Shown: positions 29,198 through 38,237 of the stretch, piece after piece
How positions within the stretch are numbered: the first letter of the stretch is position 1
Layout of the letters: each line of letters opens with the position of its first letter
DNA from: a virus
DNA: 64,000 bases
Strand: one strand, 5' to 3'
Virus genome (UHGV): UHGV-2031204
Notes under the pieces: generated by a model
What the model was told of the DNA's origin: nothing
The model's database searches: none
The model's input: only the letters and a program-made list of their open reading frames with translations
Position numbers and translations under genes: made by a program

Positions 29198-29233
29198 CCC
29201 TACTCCTCCGGGAGTAGGGTTAATTCTTTCTCC
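29198..29233 (+). terminator. intrinsic terminator (CCCTACTCC family)
   Basis: Stem CCCTACTCC/GGAGTAGGG, loop TCCG, then T-rich run. Confidence 0.55.
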
Positions 29234-29250
29234 ATCTTAGGAATATTAAA

Positions 29251-29799
29251 ATGTTTCCATCGTCTGAATATTTAACTCATCTGGCTTACGGTATTCGCCG
29301 TGGTTCTGTTTTCCGCTCACGTTTAAAGGATATAAATTTCCTGGCTAATTTCTTATATAACCATTTTGGAGATGGCAATAGCGTTTACAAAAAGATCACC
29401 ACAACACAACTTTATTCCCTTATAGCAGCGTCTGAAATTGTACCTACAGATATTTGCCGATTCAAACGGTATTGCGAGGAAATTACGATCATTTTTCTTG
29501 ATCATTCTACGATTACCGTTGAAATCGTCGATCGCGTTGATATTAATAGTGAAGTATCAGGTTGGAAGATTCTGTTCGATTGTGGCAATCGTTACGCGGT
29601 ACTCGGTTCCTCTGATGAACGTGACTTCCCATTCGACAAACCCTACTACTACCTTAGCGAGGATGATTTCCCGGATAAAGAATCCAATATCTATTTAAAC
29701 GGGGATACCGTTTACTTCATTTTTCGTACTTGGAACGATGTTGCTGCTATGATTGCTCAAGGCGTCATCGATTACCGTAAACTAGAAGTCGACATTTAA
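29251..29799 (+). CDS. hypothetical protein (182 aa)
   Basis: Track ORF with AGGAATATTAAA-ATG initiation region. Confidence 0.55.
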   Translation: MFPSSEYLTHLAYGIRRGSVFRSRLKDINFLANFLYNHFGDGNSVYKKITTTQLYSLIAASEIVPTDICRFKRYCEEITIIFLDHSTITVEIVDRVDINSEVSGWKILFDCGNRYAVLGSSDERDFPFDKPYYYLSEDDFPDKESNIYLNGDTVYFIFRTWNDVAAMIAQGVIDYRKLEVDI

Positions 29800-29810
29800 A
29801 ATAAAAGCTA

Positions 29811-29845
29811 CCCTACTCCTTCGGGAGTAGGGTAATCTTTTTTAG
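29811..29845. terminator. bidirectional intrinsic terminator (CCCTACTCC family)
   Basis: Same stem as 29198 with loop TTCG; T-rich both sides; between convergent stops 29799 and 29842. Confidence 0.6.
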
Positions 29846-30465
29846 TTAACTAACCCGTTAGCTTTAAGAATCTCTAACATTTGGTTGTTTAACTCTTTTA
29901 ATTTTTTGTTTTCTTCTGTCAACGCAGCAACTTTCTCACCCAACGGAATAGACTCACGAATTTTATTTTTTCGTGCCGCTTCCATCTGCAAGTGTTGTTC
30001 CTCCGTTACCTTCCCCTCATACTCGAGTGTTGTAATCTCAACTTTCGGCTCAATCCCCAGTGTATGCGTGAGAATATCTGAAACGTCTTTTGTTATAGAC
30101 GACACTTTCACGTAATCTGGTACCAGTGCCAAATCTACCACTAACACATTTCGTTGATACGTGATACCGGATAAACCCGGGTACGATTCCAGGTAGGTGT
30201 CGGGTATGTATACAACCTGACCATCGCGTGATTTAAATGTCAGTATCGACGCACTAACATTCGCATCTGCTAAATATTCTTCACGTCCTAGCCCTACTGG
30301 CTGGTAATACGAGTTATAAACATCGATATTCTGACGTACTAAATCTGGGAAGGTGCGCGATGCCTCTACCGTATAAATGACGGTCTCGGCTAAAGTAAAA
30401 GGCGTTTTTACTCTAAACAGACCCGTGGTGTTGACTGGTACCTGAAGTGGTAAACGCGTAGCCAT
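29842..30465 (-). CDS. hypothetical protein (207 aa, coiled-coil C-terminus)
   Basis: Track ORF; part of a two-gene inverted island. Confidence 0.55.
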   Translation of the reverse strand: MATRLPLQVPVNTTGLFRVKTPFTLAETVIYTVEASRTFPDLVRQNIDVYNSYYQPVGLGREEYLADANVSASILTFKSRDGQVVYIPDTYLESYPGLSGITYQRNVLVVDLALVPDYVKVSSITKDVSDILTHTLGIEPKVEITTLEYEGKVTEEQHLQMEAARKNKIRESIPLGEKVAALTEENKKLKELNNQMLEILKANGLVN

Positions 30466-30468
30466 TCA

Positions 30469-31842
30469 TTACTCCTCGTCTAACTCGGTGTACCATTTCG
30501 CTTTCCGAGACAGGATTCGATATTCTACGTTGTCGTATTCGAACACCCAGAAGTAGTTGTCAGGGTCAGCCTCGTCGACCAGTTTTACAACATCTAAACT
30601 GGTTTGATACGGGTGGTATTCTTCCGCAGCAATAAGTGCCTGGAAGAATAACGCCAACCATTCGGTTGTTGATTTCGACATACGCGCAATATCAGGGTTA
30701 GTCGTCGCAATTAACGCATAATCCGGGATAGTTTCGTGTAAGGTCGCTTTCCGTGTATCGTTTTCCGGCCCACTGATTACAACACAGTTTAATGATTTAT
30801 AAACTGTTGGTAAGTCAGTTACGTCTGTTGTAGGTTTACTGATCGTTTTAGTATTTCTTTCTGCTACCGTCTGGTCTGCCCATTCTCCAAACCGACTGAT
30901 AGCTTTGACCCAGAAATCATATGGAAGGATGGGGGAATAAAGCGCCGCCACATCTTCCTCATTGGGTATCCCACGAATTTTCCATCCAGGGACAATTGTA
31001 AATTTCGTGGTAGTGAAAATTTCGGGAAATACTTTTACCCCGATAGGGACAGTAAAGCTAGAATTAGCGAGAATGTGTTCTCGCAACGCTTGCTTTATTT
31101 TCGTTGGGTTTTTTCCCGCACGTCCGTAGATAATAACCGACATTGGGACAACTAGGGTAGACTCGTAGTTTTCTTGATCGTGCCAAGTATAGTAGTTGGT
31201 TTGGATAGCGGTATAAGGAAACCCTGCCATTAACTCATTGATTTTCTTATGGTGTTCGGTAAGGTTAAACCCTTCCATCGCCTTTTCAACGACTGACTTG
31301 GTCGACAAAAATGTGTCGATTGGTGAAATCGGCATCTGTACTTCGATTTCGTACCCTGTGTAATCTTGATCGAAGTCTTCATCCGAGAACCAAACAATGA
31401 TCTGATTATCTACATCAGTGTCATCTTGTACTTGATCTGCCGTTACTTCATATTTCCAGCTCACCCAACGTGGGAACCAGTTACTGTTCGTCTGGATCAT
31501 CGCACCGGACTGAACGCCAGAAATGGTTGATTGGAATTGGCCTAGTAATAGGCGCTGGAATTCAAGTTCGTCATTTCTCAGATTACCCAAGATGGCTTGC
31601 TGGTAAATCCATTGAGAAACGGTTAGAATATGATCAGAAAATTCGGCTGGTACAACAACCGTCTGTTTTTCTCGTTTAGACGTAAAAGTCACCAATTGAA
31701 CTTGCAAATTGGTTTTAGTAAACGTCTGTTTACTCTTCGCGTACGAGAGTGTCAAATCCGACAGCTCGCCCACCGGAGCGGTGACGCCGTCCTGATTGTC
31801 AAACAGTGCCGGTATCTGAATAAAACCTTGTAAGTCTAACAT
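30469..31842 (-). CDS. hypothetical protein (457 aa)
   Basis: Track ORF; tightly followed by 29842..30465 on same strand. Confidence 0.6.
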   Translation of the reverse strand: MLDLQGFIQIPALFDNQDGVTAPVGELSDLTLSYAKSKQTFTKTNLQVQLVTFTSKREKQTVVVPAEFSDHILTVSQWIYQQAILGNLRNDELEFQRLLLGQFQSTISGVQSGAMIQTNSNWFPRWVSWKYEVTADQVQDDTDVDNQIIVWFSDEDFDQDYTGYEIEVQMPISPIDTFLSTKSVVEKAMEGFNLTEHHKKINELMAGFPYTAIQTNYYTWHDQENYESTLVVPMSVIIYGRAGKNPTKIKQALREHILANSSFTVPIGVKVFPEIFTTTKFTIVPGWKIRGIPNEEDVAALYSPILPYDFWVKAISRFGEWADQTVAERNTKTISKPTTDVTDLPTVYKSLNCVVISGPENDTRKATLHETIPDYALIATTNPDIARMSKSTTEWLALFFQALIAAEEYHPYQTSLDVVKLVDEADPDNYFWVFEYDNVEYRILSRKAKWYTELDEE

Positions 31843-31867
31843 AATTAAAAATACTCCGAGGTGAGCA

Positions 31868-32371
31868 ATGGGTTCATTTTTTAAAGTGCTTCCGTTCTTC
31901 CTTCAGATGTTAATGGAAGCATTTAAACCAGGAGAAGGAGAAAACGTATCAAGAGCAAGCAAGATAATGACTTTAATCATCACGATCTTGTTGTCGTATT
32001 CTGGCTTTGTCTCCTACGCCTATGTACAACAGTTTCACGCGCTCGTTGCGGTGCAGTCTCATGACACGTATATGTCGCAGTCTTACCAAGAGATGAAACA
32101 AGATCGAGATAAACTAAAAGAAGATAATGGGAAGTTATACGACAGACTCTTCGTTTGCCTCGGCCAGAAACCGCCATATGAAAGCACGTTTAATTCATCG
32201 AAAGTGAGCGGTACAACGAAGGATCTGTCCTCGACAAAACCAGAAACTCCTGTTAATCCAGCTTCAACACCAGAACAACGTAAAGAGGCTTCGGCGAGAC
32301 CTGTTGGTAATTTAAACGCGAACAGTTTTCGACAGGAGATCATAAAGACGCTATCGTCTTCTAAGGAGTGA
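31868..32371 (+). CDS. membrane protein with coiled-coil and Pro-rich tail (167 aa); i-spanin-like architecture
   Basis: TM helix IMTLIITILLSYSGFVSYAYV, then charged coiled-coil segment and Pro/Ser/Thr-rich C-terminus. Confidence 0.45.
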   Translation: MGSFFKVLPFFLQMLMEAFKPGEGENVSRASKIMTLIITILLSYSGFVSYAYVQQFHALVAVQSHDTYMSQSYQEMKQDRDKLKEDNGKLYDRLFVCLGQKPPYESTFNSSKVSGTTKDLSSTKPETPVNPASTPEQRKEASARPVGNLNANSFRQEIIKTLSSSKE

Positions 32372-32830
32372 TTGATGAAAATGCTATTATTCATCATGGT
32401 AGTGTTCGTGGGGTTGGTGAGTAATAGCTACGGTGACGAAGTTAAACGTCCAGCTTATAGACCACTGGAACTTCCTCCTGAACCGCCAATAATGGTGAAT
32501 TGGAAAATTGACAAAAATGCAATGCGTGAGTATGTTGCAGATGTCAACACCTATGCTTATTACGTTTATGTCTACACTCGAAATTTAAACCAGCAAGCCG
32601 TTAAACGTGGCTGGAGTCCACCGATGTTGGCTCCGCTTTGTGAACGCTATGAGTTACCGAAATTACACGTTGTGCCTGAGCGCATGTCTCTTGATGAGGG
32701 TTCTTTAACAGCCCAAGAGATTAGCCGTGATTTATCGCGTAAACTCAATAATTTGTTATGGAATTACCGTTCCGACCGTCAGGCACTGCTCGATTCGTAT
32801 AACCAATACTTGACATCGTGTTTGTACTGA
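32372..32830 (+). CDS. secreted protein (152 aa, predicted signal peptide)
   Basis: MMKMLLFIMVVFVGLVSNSYG signal; start overlaps upstream stop (TGATG). Confidence 0.55.
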   Translation: MMKMLLFIMVVFVGLVSNSYGDEVKRPAYRPLELPPEPPIMVNWKIDKNAMREYVADVNTYAYYVYVYTRNLNQQAVKRGWSPPMLAPLCERYELPKLHVVPERMSLDEGSLTAQEISRDLSRKLNNLLWNYRSDRQALLDSYNQYLTSCLY

Positions 32831-32834
32831 CACT

Positions 32835-32877
32835 CCCTCCTGTACCCTTCGAGGTACAGGAGGGCCTTTCTTTTTAA
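32835..32877 (+). terminator. intrinsic terminator
   Basis: 12-bp stem CCCTCCTGTACC/GGTACAGGAGGG followed by CCTTTCTTTTT. Confidence 0.7.
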
Positions 32878-32919
32878 CGTTTACGACTATTTTAATGTAG
32901 ACTAACAGGAGAATTCAAC

Positions 32920-33654
32920 ATGACCTACCCAAAAATTATCACCCCGTACACACCGACGTTGGTTATTGGTGCCGATGCAGAAACCAAATCGTTACGCCCC
33001 GATGCTTATCTGTTGAGTGCAGGTTTAGTGGCTTTTGACGTTCCTACATTGAAAATGGTTGGTTCCTCATACATCCGTATCGACCCTAACGATCCTAAAG
33101 CAAAAGCTATTTTCCACGAAGACCCACAAACCGTTGGTTGGTGGGAAGGTAAAGGCGAGCCTGAATACGCACCATCTCGTGAAGCGTATGAAGAAGCCTG
33201 GGGTGGAACAACAGCATTGCCTGATGCTCTGTGGGCGATGCAAAAATGGCTCGGGGAGATTACCGCAAAACATGAGTTTGTTATTACCATGCGTGGTCCT
33301 GACTTCGATGCGCCGATTTTCATGAACGCTTTCGCACAGTGCGATATTCCGCCCGGGAAGTTCCGTAAATTTAGTGCGTTGGATAGCGATCGTACCGCAG
33401 AGCGTTTAGCCTTTGCGTTTGGTTTCGAACCTGACTTAACTGTAGAGCAAATTTACTGGACGCGCGGTAAGCCCGCGTTTGAGCACCACGCTATGTGGGA
33501 TGCAGCAAAAGAAGCCTACACTACGGCACGTATCTATCATCTCGCTTTGGTCACTCGCCAATACGGGTTTGAACGCGCCAAAGCCTGTCACGAAGAACTG
33601 AAAACTGGCGAGTATGTTGCGCCGCAGATTCGTGATCAATTAACCAGGGATTAA
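32920..33654 (+). CDS. DEDDh-type 3'-5' exonuclease (DnaQ-like), 244 aa
   Basis: Exo I motif VIGADAET near N-terminus; Exo III-type HHAMWDA near C-terminus. Confidence 0.55.
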   Translation: MTYPKIITPYTPTLVIGADAETKSLRPDAYLLSAGLVAFDVPTLKMVGSSYIRIDPNDPKAKAIFHEDPQTVGWWEGKGEPEYAPSREAYEEAWGGTTALPDALWAMQKWLGEITAKHEFVITMRGPDFDAPIFMNAFAQCDIPPGKFRKFSALDSDRTAERLAFAFGFEPDLTVEQIYWTRGKPAFEHHAMWDAAKEAYTTARIYHLALVTRQYGFERAKACHEELKTGEYVAPQIRDQLTRD

Positions 33655-33656
33655 GA

Positions 33657-35177
33657 ATGAAGAACGTTGATGTTGCAGTAATTTACACGGATGGTAGCCA
33701 TTTGACCTCCCCGCTCGGTACAGGAGCGGGGATTCATGGATACTTATTTAATCGTGAAACGATTGAGGATGGTCGGGTTTACCGCCATCCTTCTATTCCT
33801 GAGGGGATTACGACGTCAGGATACCGCCAGATAAACAAGGATGAAAAACTTCCACCTTTACCAGAAACCGTGGAATTTATCGACGGTGTTGTTCCTGTAC
33901 CAAAAATGTCACACTCTGATGTTGCAGAACTCGTGGCTTTCCTGACCGTCTTCGAACACGCCCCCTTCGTTGCTAAAAACTATGTTATCTATATCGACGC
34001 ATCTTACGTTGTCAACACGTATAACGATTGGATTGATGGTTGGGCAGCACGCGGCTGGCGTCGTGCGGACGGTACACCCATTGCGAATTTGGAATTAATC
34101 CAACGGATGTGGGAGGTTAAACAGCGGTTAAAGAAAGAAGGGAAAGGTGTTCGTGTCCTTAAAATTAAAGGTCACTCTGGACGTTATGGAAACGAGCGTG
34201 CTGACGAGTTAGCACGGAAAGGTTCAAGTATTTCGGCTCGAGGTGAGGGGCTAGACTATACACCGTATTGGTCAAAAGACGAGATGCCTGAGGAAGATCA
34301 GCAACCAGAAGTTGTTGGTGAAGGTCTCAATTTGTCCGCTTTTCCCGATATCTGTGTTACGAAGTTCTGTTACCCGATGGTGAACGAACCCCACCCCACC
34401 GTTACGGTTAACGGTAATAAACTTTATTACATGTTCGGTGGGAACCATGCAAAACAGAAGGACGATATTGTCTTCGTTGGTAAGTACATTCCAGACGCAC
34501 AATTCTGCGTAATGTTTACCAAAGAACCATGGGATAACGTATACGAGTTGGTAAATACCCACTCTGCGAAAGCGTGGGAAGGGGTGCCCCGTTTACGTCA
34601 ATTTGATCCCATCGCCGTTGTTTTTAACTTATTCGTAAAGCGTAAAAAGTTCGCAGAAGCCGCAGCTAATGGCATTCCTATCGATCGGATGCATTTTAGC
34701 GAAGACAAAAACCTGTGGATGTTTGAAGATCTTTCGATTACACGAATTCTTCGTCCTGCACTATTGTCTTATCGATGCATTACGATTCGTGATGAGCTTG
34801 CGGGTTGGTTACGCGATGCCATGGAGGGGAAAAACTCAGTAGTGATGAACGACATTACTGACATGCTTTACGATGAGAAAGGTAAGCCGAAGAAAGATTT
34901 TTATCGTAACGTAGATAAAGGTTTTGACGTAACCATCCAGATCCCTGGTAGCAAAAACAAGGTTAAAACTATCCTTACTCGAGGTATCGACATACCGACG
35001 CGTACGGAAATCAACCGTATGAAAGAACCAGAAGGGCGATTCTACGTGGCGGTACGGCGTCCAGAACGGCAGTATATCGAATATGCGTTGGTTTATATCG
35101 GGGAAAAATATCATGGGTTGTGGTGCGGCTATTATTCAAACAAACGAATACTGACGGATAAGGAGCTTGAATGCTGA
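33657..35177 (+). CDS. RNase HI-domain protein with ~300-aa C-terminal extension (506 aa)
   Basis: RNase HI catalytic motifs VAVIYTDGS, VIYIDASYV, KIKGHSGRYGNERADELA; ~50-aa insertion within the domain; unassigned C-terminal region. Confidence 0.65.
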   Translation: MKNVDVAVIYTDGSHLTSPLGTGAGIHGYLFNRETIEDGRVYRHPSIPEGITTSGYRQINKDEKLPPLPETVEFIDGVVPVPKMSHSDVAELVAFLTVFEHAPFVAKNYVIYIDASYVVNTYNDWIDGWAARGWRRADGTPIANLELIQRMWEVKQRLKKEGKGVRVLKIKGHSGRYGNERADELARKGSSISARGEGLDYTPYWSKDEMPEEDQQPEVVGEGLNLSAFPDICVTKFCYPMVNEPHPTVTVNGNKLYYMFGGNHAKQKDDIVFVGKYIPDAQFCVMFTKEPWDNVYELVNTHSAKAWEGVPRLRQFDPIAVVFNLFVKRKKFAEAAANGIPIDRMHFSEDKNLWMFEDLSITRILRPALLSYRCITIRDELAGWLRDAMEGKNSVVMNDITDMLYDEKGKPKKDFYRNVDKGFDVTIQIPGSKNKVKTILTRGIDIPTRTEINRMKEPEGRFYVAVRRPERQYIEYALVYIGEKYHGLWCGYYSNKRILTDKELEC

Positions 35178-35839
35178 TCGTTTATAGTGAGGTCTTGTCA
35201 AAAGCCCCTCGGTTTTTACAAACTCACTTTATGTATAACGCACGACACTATTGGGGCTTTAAAGCCCCTTACTCCGAAGATTGGGAAGTTGTGGAAAAGT
35301 TAGCATTTGTGTTTTCTCTTTCGTTGTTGTGGGAGATCATTGCACTATACAACGCAGGTTGTGATATCCCGGAGAACGGCTTTTTCCAACAACACCTATT
35401 CCAAAAATTCACAGCATCGGTAGAAAATCATGAAGTACGCAAGGAGTGTCTCGGCTACGCAGAGCATTCTGAAGAGTTGAAAAAGATTTCCAAATTAGTT
35501 ATCACGCGGGCATGGGCTGAATTCGAAACTTACCCCGAAAAAATAATTTGGTTTAATCGTGAACAGTTTATTAAAGAGGCAGCCAGTCAACATCCCGTTC
35601 GATTAATCGTGTTAAAGCCATCCGATCTTGCCTTACGCCACATCTATTCCTCTCCAGAGGAAATCGTTTTTTCCTCTGGAACAACAGATTACGGTATTTT
35701 TAAACAAGGCGATTCTTGGATTCTTCCACACGATTTAGACGGGTATTTGCTCAGCAGCGATCAAATACATTCGGGTTATGACTCACAGGTGAAGGAGTTT
35801 ACACTCGATCCTTTTTTCGCTAAAAATATTCTTAGATAG
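35171..35839 (+). CDS. hypothetical protein (222 aa)
   Basis: Track ORF; start overlaps upstream stop. Confidence 0.5.
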   Translation: MLIVYSEVLSKAPRFLQTHFMYNARHYWGFKAPYSEDWEVVEKLAFVFSLSLLWEIIALYNAGCDIPENGFFQQHLFQKFTASVENHEVRKECLGYAEHSEELKKISKLVITRAWAEFETYPEKIIWFNREQFIKEAASQHPVRLIVLKPSDLALRHIYSSPEEIVFSSGTTDYGIFKQGDSWILPHDLDGYLLSSDQIHSGYDSQVKEFTLDPFFAKNILR

Positions 35840-35847
35840 ATATTATC
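35838..35847 (+). promoter_or_regulatory. AGATATTATC promoter-like motif (copy 2)
   Basis: Overlaps TAG stop of 35171..35839; 38 bp upstream of 35876. Confidence 0.35.
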
Positions 35848-35875
35848 CAGGTGTAACACCATTGGAGTTATTAAA

Positions 35876-36619
35876 ATGCTAAAAGTTTATGTCCCTCAAT
35901 TACAACGTATCAATCCCTCGTTGTTCGAGGGAATCTTTTATAAAATTTGGCCACAATACTTCAATGAACATTTGAAGGACCAGAAGTGGTCAACCGTACA
36001 AGGAGAATTCTTTTATACCGCACAGACGGCCTGCACAATCGTCTTTACTCGTCTCATCTCCGAAGTTATCGAGGCTGTCAATACCAACCGAAACTTTGAC
36101 CTTCGCGGCGTAGTCGAAATAGATCTCTCAGGGATCTTCGATAACTACGATTGTGATGACGCCGTATTCGAGCATTTCTCTTCTGAAGATGTCTGGGAAG
36201 CCGTTTATCAATGGCTAGAATACTACATGAATTTTCTATTCTCTCCAGAGATGTTAGAAAGTTTCAATAAAGCACTCTACCCCATTTATAACGACTTACT
36301 CAACGTTAAACAAACAAAGAACCTCGTTGGTTTCTGGTTTTCGATTTACGACGCCGAATGTACGTTGTGGGAAAAAGAAATGATTGCTTACGGGATAGAA
36401 CGGGGAGACTATGTTGAGCTTCATTGTGGTTTCTGGCCATTCAGTGACTACGAGAACGCACGGCTTGGTATCTCACGATTGTGGTCGTTTTACCTCTGTG
36501 AAGCTACGGGCGTTATTTACCTTGAAGACAGCGGAGCACAAATCCCTAATGGTGCTGTTGTAACTTACTGCCAGATTCGAGAAGATCGGGGTCGGGCAAT
36601 TTATCAGGAATATGCATAA
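35876..36619 (+). CDS. hypothetical protein (247 aa)
   Basis: Track ORF with GGAGTTATTAAA-ATG initiation region. Confidence 0.55.
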   Translation: MLKVYVPQLQRINPSLFEGIFYKIWPQYFNEHLKDQKWSTVQGEFFYTAQTACTIVFTRLISEVIEAVNTNRNFDLRGVVEIDLSGIFDNYDCDDAVFEHFSSEDVWEAVYQWLEYYMNFLFSPEMLESFNKALYPIYNDLLNVKQTKNLVGFWFSIYDAECTLWEKEMIAYGIERGDYVELHCGFWPFSDYENARLGISRLWSFYLCEATGVIYLEDSGAQIPNGAVVTYCQIREDRGRAIYQEYA

Positions 36620-37161
36620 TGAAAATACTTATCGATTTCTCACTCAGCGAGTCACGGGGTAAATTAAACAAACTGTTAAGTGAGATGCGTAGCCGCGTTG
36701 CGTTTGAACTGCACGACGCGATAGCAGTACATGAGAATAAGATTTCTGAAGAACACAGTGGGGCCGAAATTACTATCCTGGATTCAGAAGCGATGGTGAA
36801 TAATCTCATTGAACAGTTAGAACGAAAAATCCATTCAGCCATGACATACCCACATTTAGTGCGGGTAACTGATCCTGATACGGATATTCACCTGATTCTT
36901 GAGAAAGCCTTTCTACATGCCGCGCATTACTTACAGAATAATGCTCCAGATACCCTCGACGAAGTGTACGTCGCCATATTGCAGCGACAATCTTCAACGA
37001 CGGATATAATAGACACAACGTGTTGGAGCGATATTCTTACCAACGAAACAATGTCCCGTATCCGGGATATTTTCCTTGAGACACTCGGGTTAGTTGAGAA
37101 AATCTGCCATGCTGAGCTCATCTACCTGTCATCAAAATACGGTCAACCTAAAGGAGTATAA
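36619..37161 (+). CDS. hypothetical protein (180 aa)
   Basis: Track ORF; TAATG overlap with upstream stop. Confidence 0.5.
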   Translation: MKILIDFSLSESRGKLNKLLSEMRSRVAFELHDAIAVHENKISEEHSGAEITILDSEAMVNNLIEQLERKIHSAMTYPHLVRVTDPDTDIHLILEKAFLHAAHYLQNNAPDTLDEVYVAILQRQSSTTDIIDTTCWSDILTNETMSRIRDIFLETLGLVEKICHAELIYLSSKYGQPKGV

Positions 37162-37163
37162 TC

Positions 37164-37688
37164 GTGGATATTTTAATTCAGCTTCGTAAGAAAACAACCA
37201 TTGCCACACCGATAGCGTTAGAGGAGAAAATCTCCGGCGCAGTTGCACGCAAGCTCTGTGGTGCTCACGGCTTTAGCGACCATCAGGAGCGGGTCGTTAC
37301 TGTCGCCACATTACACAACTTACGACACACAGTTCATTACTGTTTAGTTGACAACGTCACCATCACTCTTGATGATAACGTAAATGTCGACCAACTGCGA
37401 CGCGAAATTGTCCACAAGATCGAGGCTTACAATAGACGTTTCGATCGGGCATGTACGCGTTTAACTGATGACGAGGTACTACGAAAACGTTTGAAGCTTG
37501 AAATTGAGTATGCAGCGCAACGTTACGGGATTGGCGGTACCGAACCGTGTCTGACTGAACAAGAAATCACGTTAGCAATCGAGGTTTATACCACTCTCTG
37601 CTGCGTCATCCTAAAAGAGACCAACCACGAAATTACAAAAGCGTTGTTAAACACCGCAGACAAACTCTCCCCAATTTTAGGACAGTAA
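37164..37688 (+). CDS. hypothetical protein (174 aa)
   Basis: Track ORF, GTG start with AAGGAG RBS. Confidence 0.5.
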   Translation: MDILIQLRKKTTIATPIALEEKISGAVARKLCGAHGFSDHQERVVTVATLHNLRHTVHYCLVDNVTITLDDNVNVDQLRREIVHKIEAYNRRFDRACTRLTDDEVLRKRLKLEIEYAAQRYGIGGTEPCLTEQEITLAIEVYTTLCCVILKETNHEITKALLNTADKLSPILGQ

Positions 37689-37689
37689 A

Positions 37690-38178
37690 ATGAACTTAAA
37701 TCATAACTTCGATATTCGTGACACCGATTTCGTACATGAATTTCTCAATAACGGAACGCGTGTAAGAAAAGAAATTGAAGAAAAGTTGACTCCGTTAGTT
37801 GTAGACACTCCCTGGATGGCGGACTACGCCGCGTCCTACTTTTCTTCTCAGAGCTTATTTGGATACATATTTATCATACTTGACTTCTTCGATCCATCAA
37901 GCAAGCGCATAACAGAAACAGGCGTGCGGCAACGCCTACGCCATGGTCGCAACGAGTTCTTAAAGAAAGTTTCTGATGCGTACCACATGGGACGATTCCC
38001 TACCCCGCTAGTCCCTTATACAGAACCGGAATGGGAAAAATTTTATACCCGGATTTGGGTTGAAGACTCTCTCTTGAACGAAATCGTAGAAATCATCAAG
38101 CGTAACGAAAACCAACTTGCTCTGCAACTATGGGAGTGGCTAAAAGCTAACTATCCCGATTACGTCAAAATAGATTAA
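37690..38178 (+). CDS. hypothetical protein (162 aa)
   Basis: Track ORF; terminator after stop. Confidence 0.5.
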   Translation: MNLNHNFDIRDTDFVHEFLNNGTRVRKEIEEKLTPLVVDTPWMADYAASYFSSQSLFGYIFIILDFFDPSSKRITETGVRQRLRHGRNEFLKKVSDAYHMGRFPTPLVPYTEPEWEKFYTRIWVEDSLLNEIVEIIKRNENQLALQLWEWLKANYPDYVKID

Positions 38179-38183
38179 TAGAC

Positions 38184-38216
38184 ACCCTAGCTTCGGCTAG
38201 GGTTACTTTATTTTTA
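38184..38216 (+). terminator. intrinsic terminator
   Basis: Stem ACCCTAGC/GCTAGGGT, loop TTCG, then TACTTTATTTTT. Confidence 0.6.
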
Positions 38217-38237
38217 ACCATTTTAGGAGAATAAACC

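Noticed and set aside
31868-32830. Canonical two-component spanin (Rz/Rz1)
   Set aside because: The TM/coiled-coil protein fits an i-spanin, but the following secreted protein has no lipobox cysteine and no embedded lipoprotein ORF was seen, so only a tentative call is kept.
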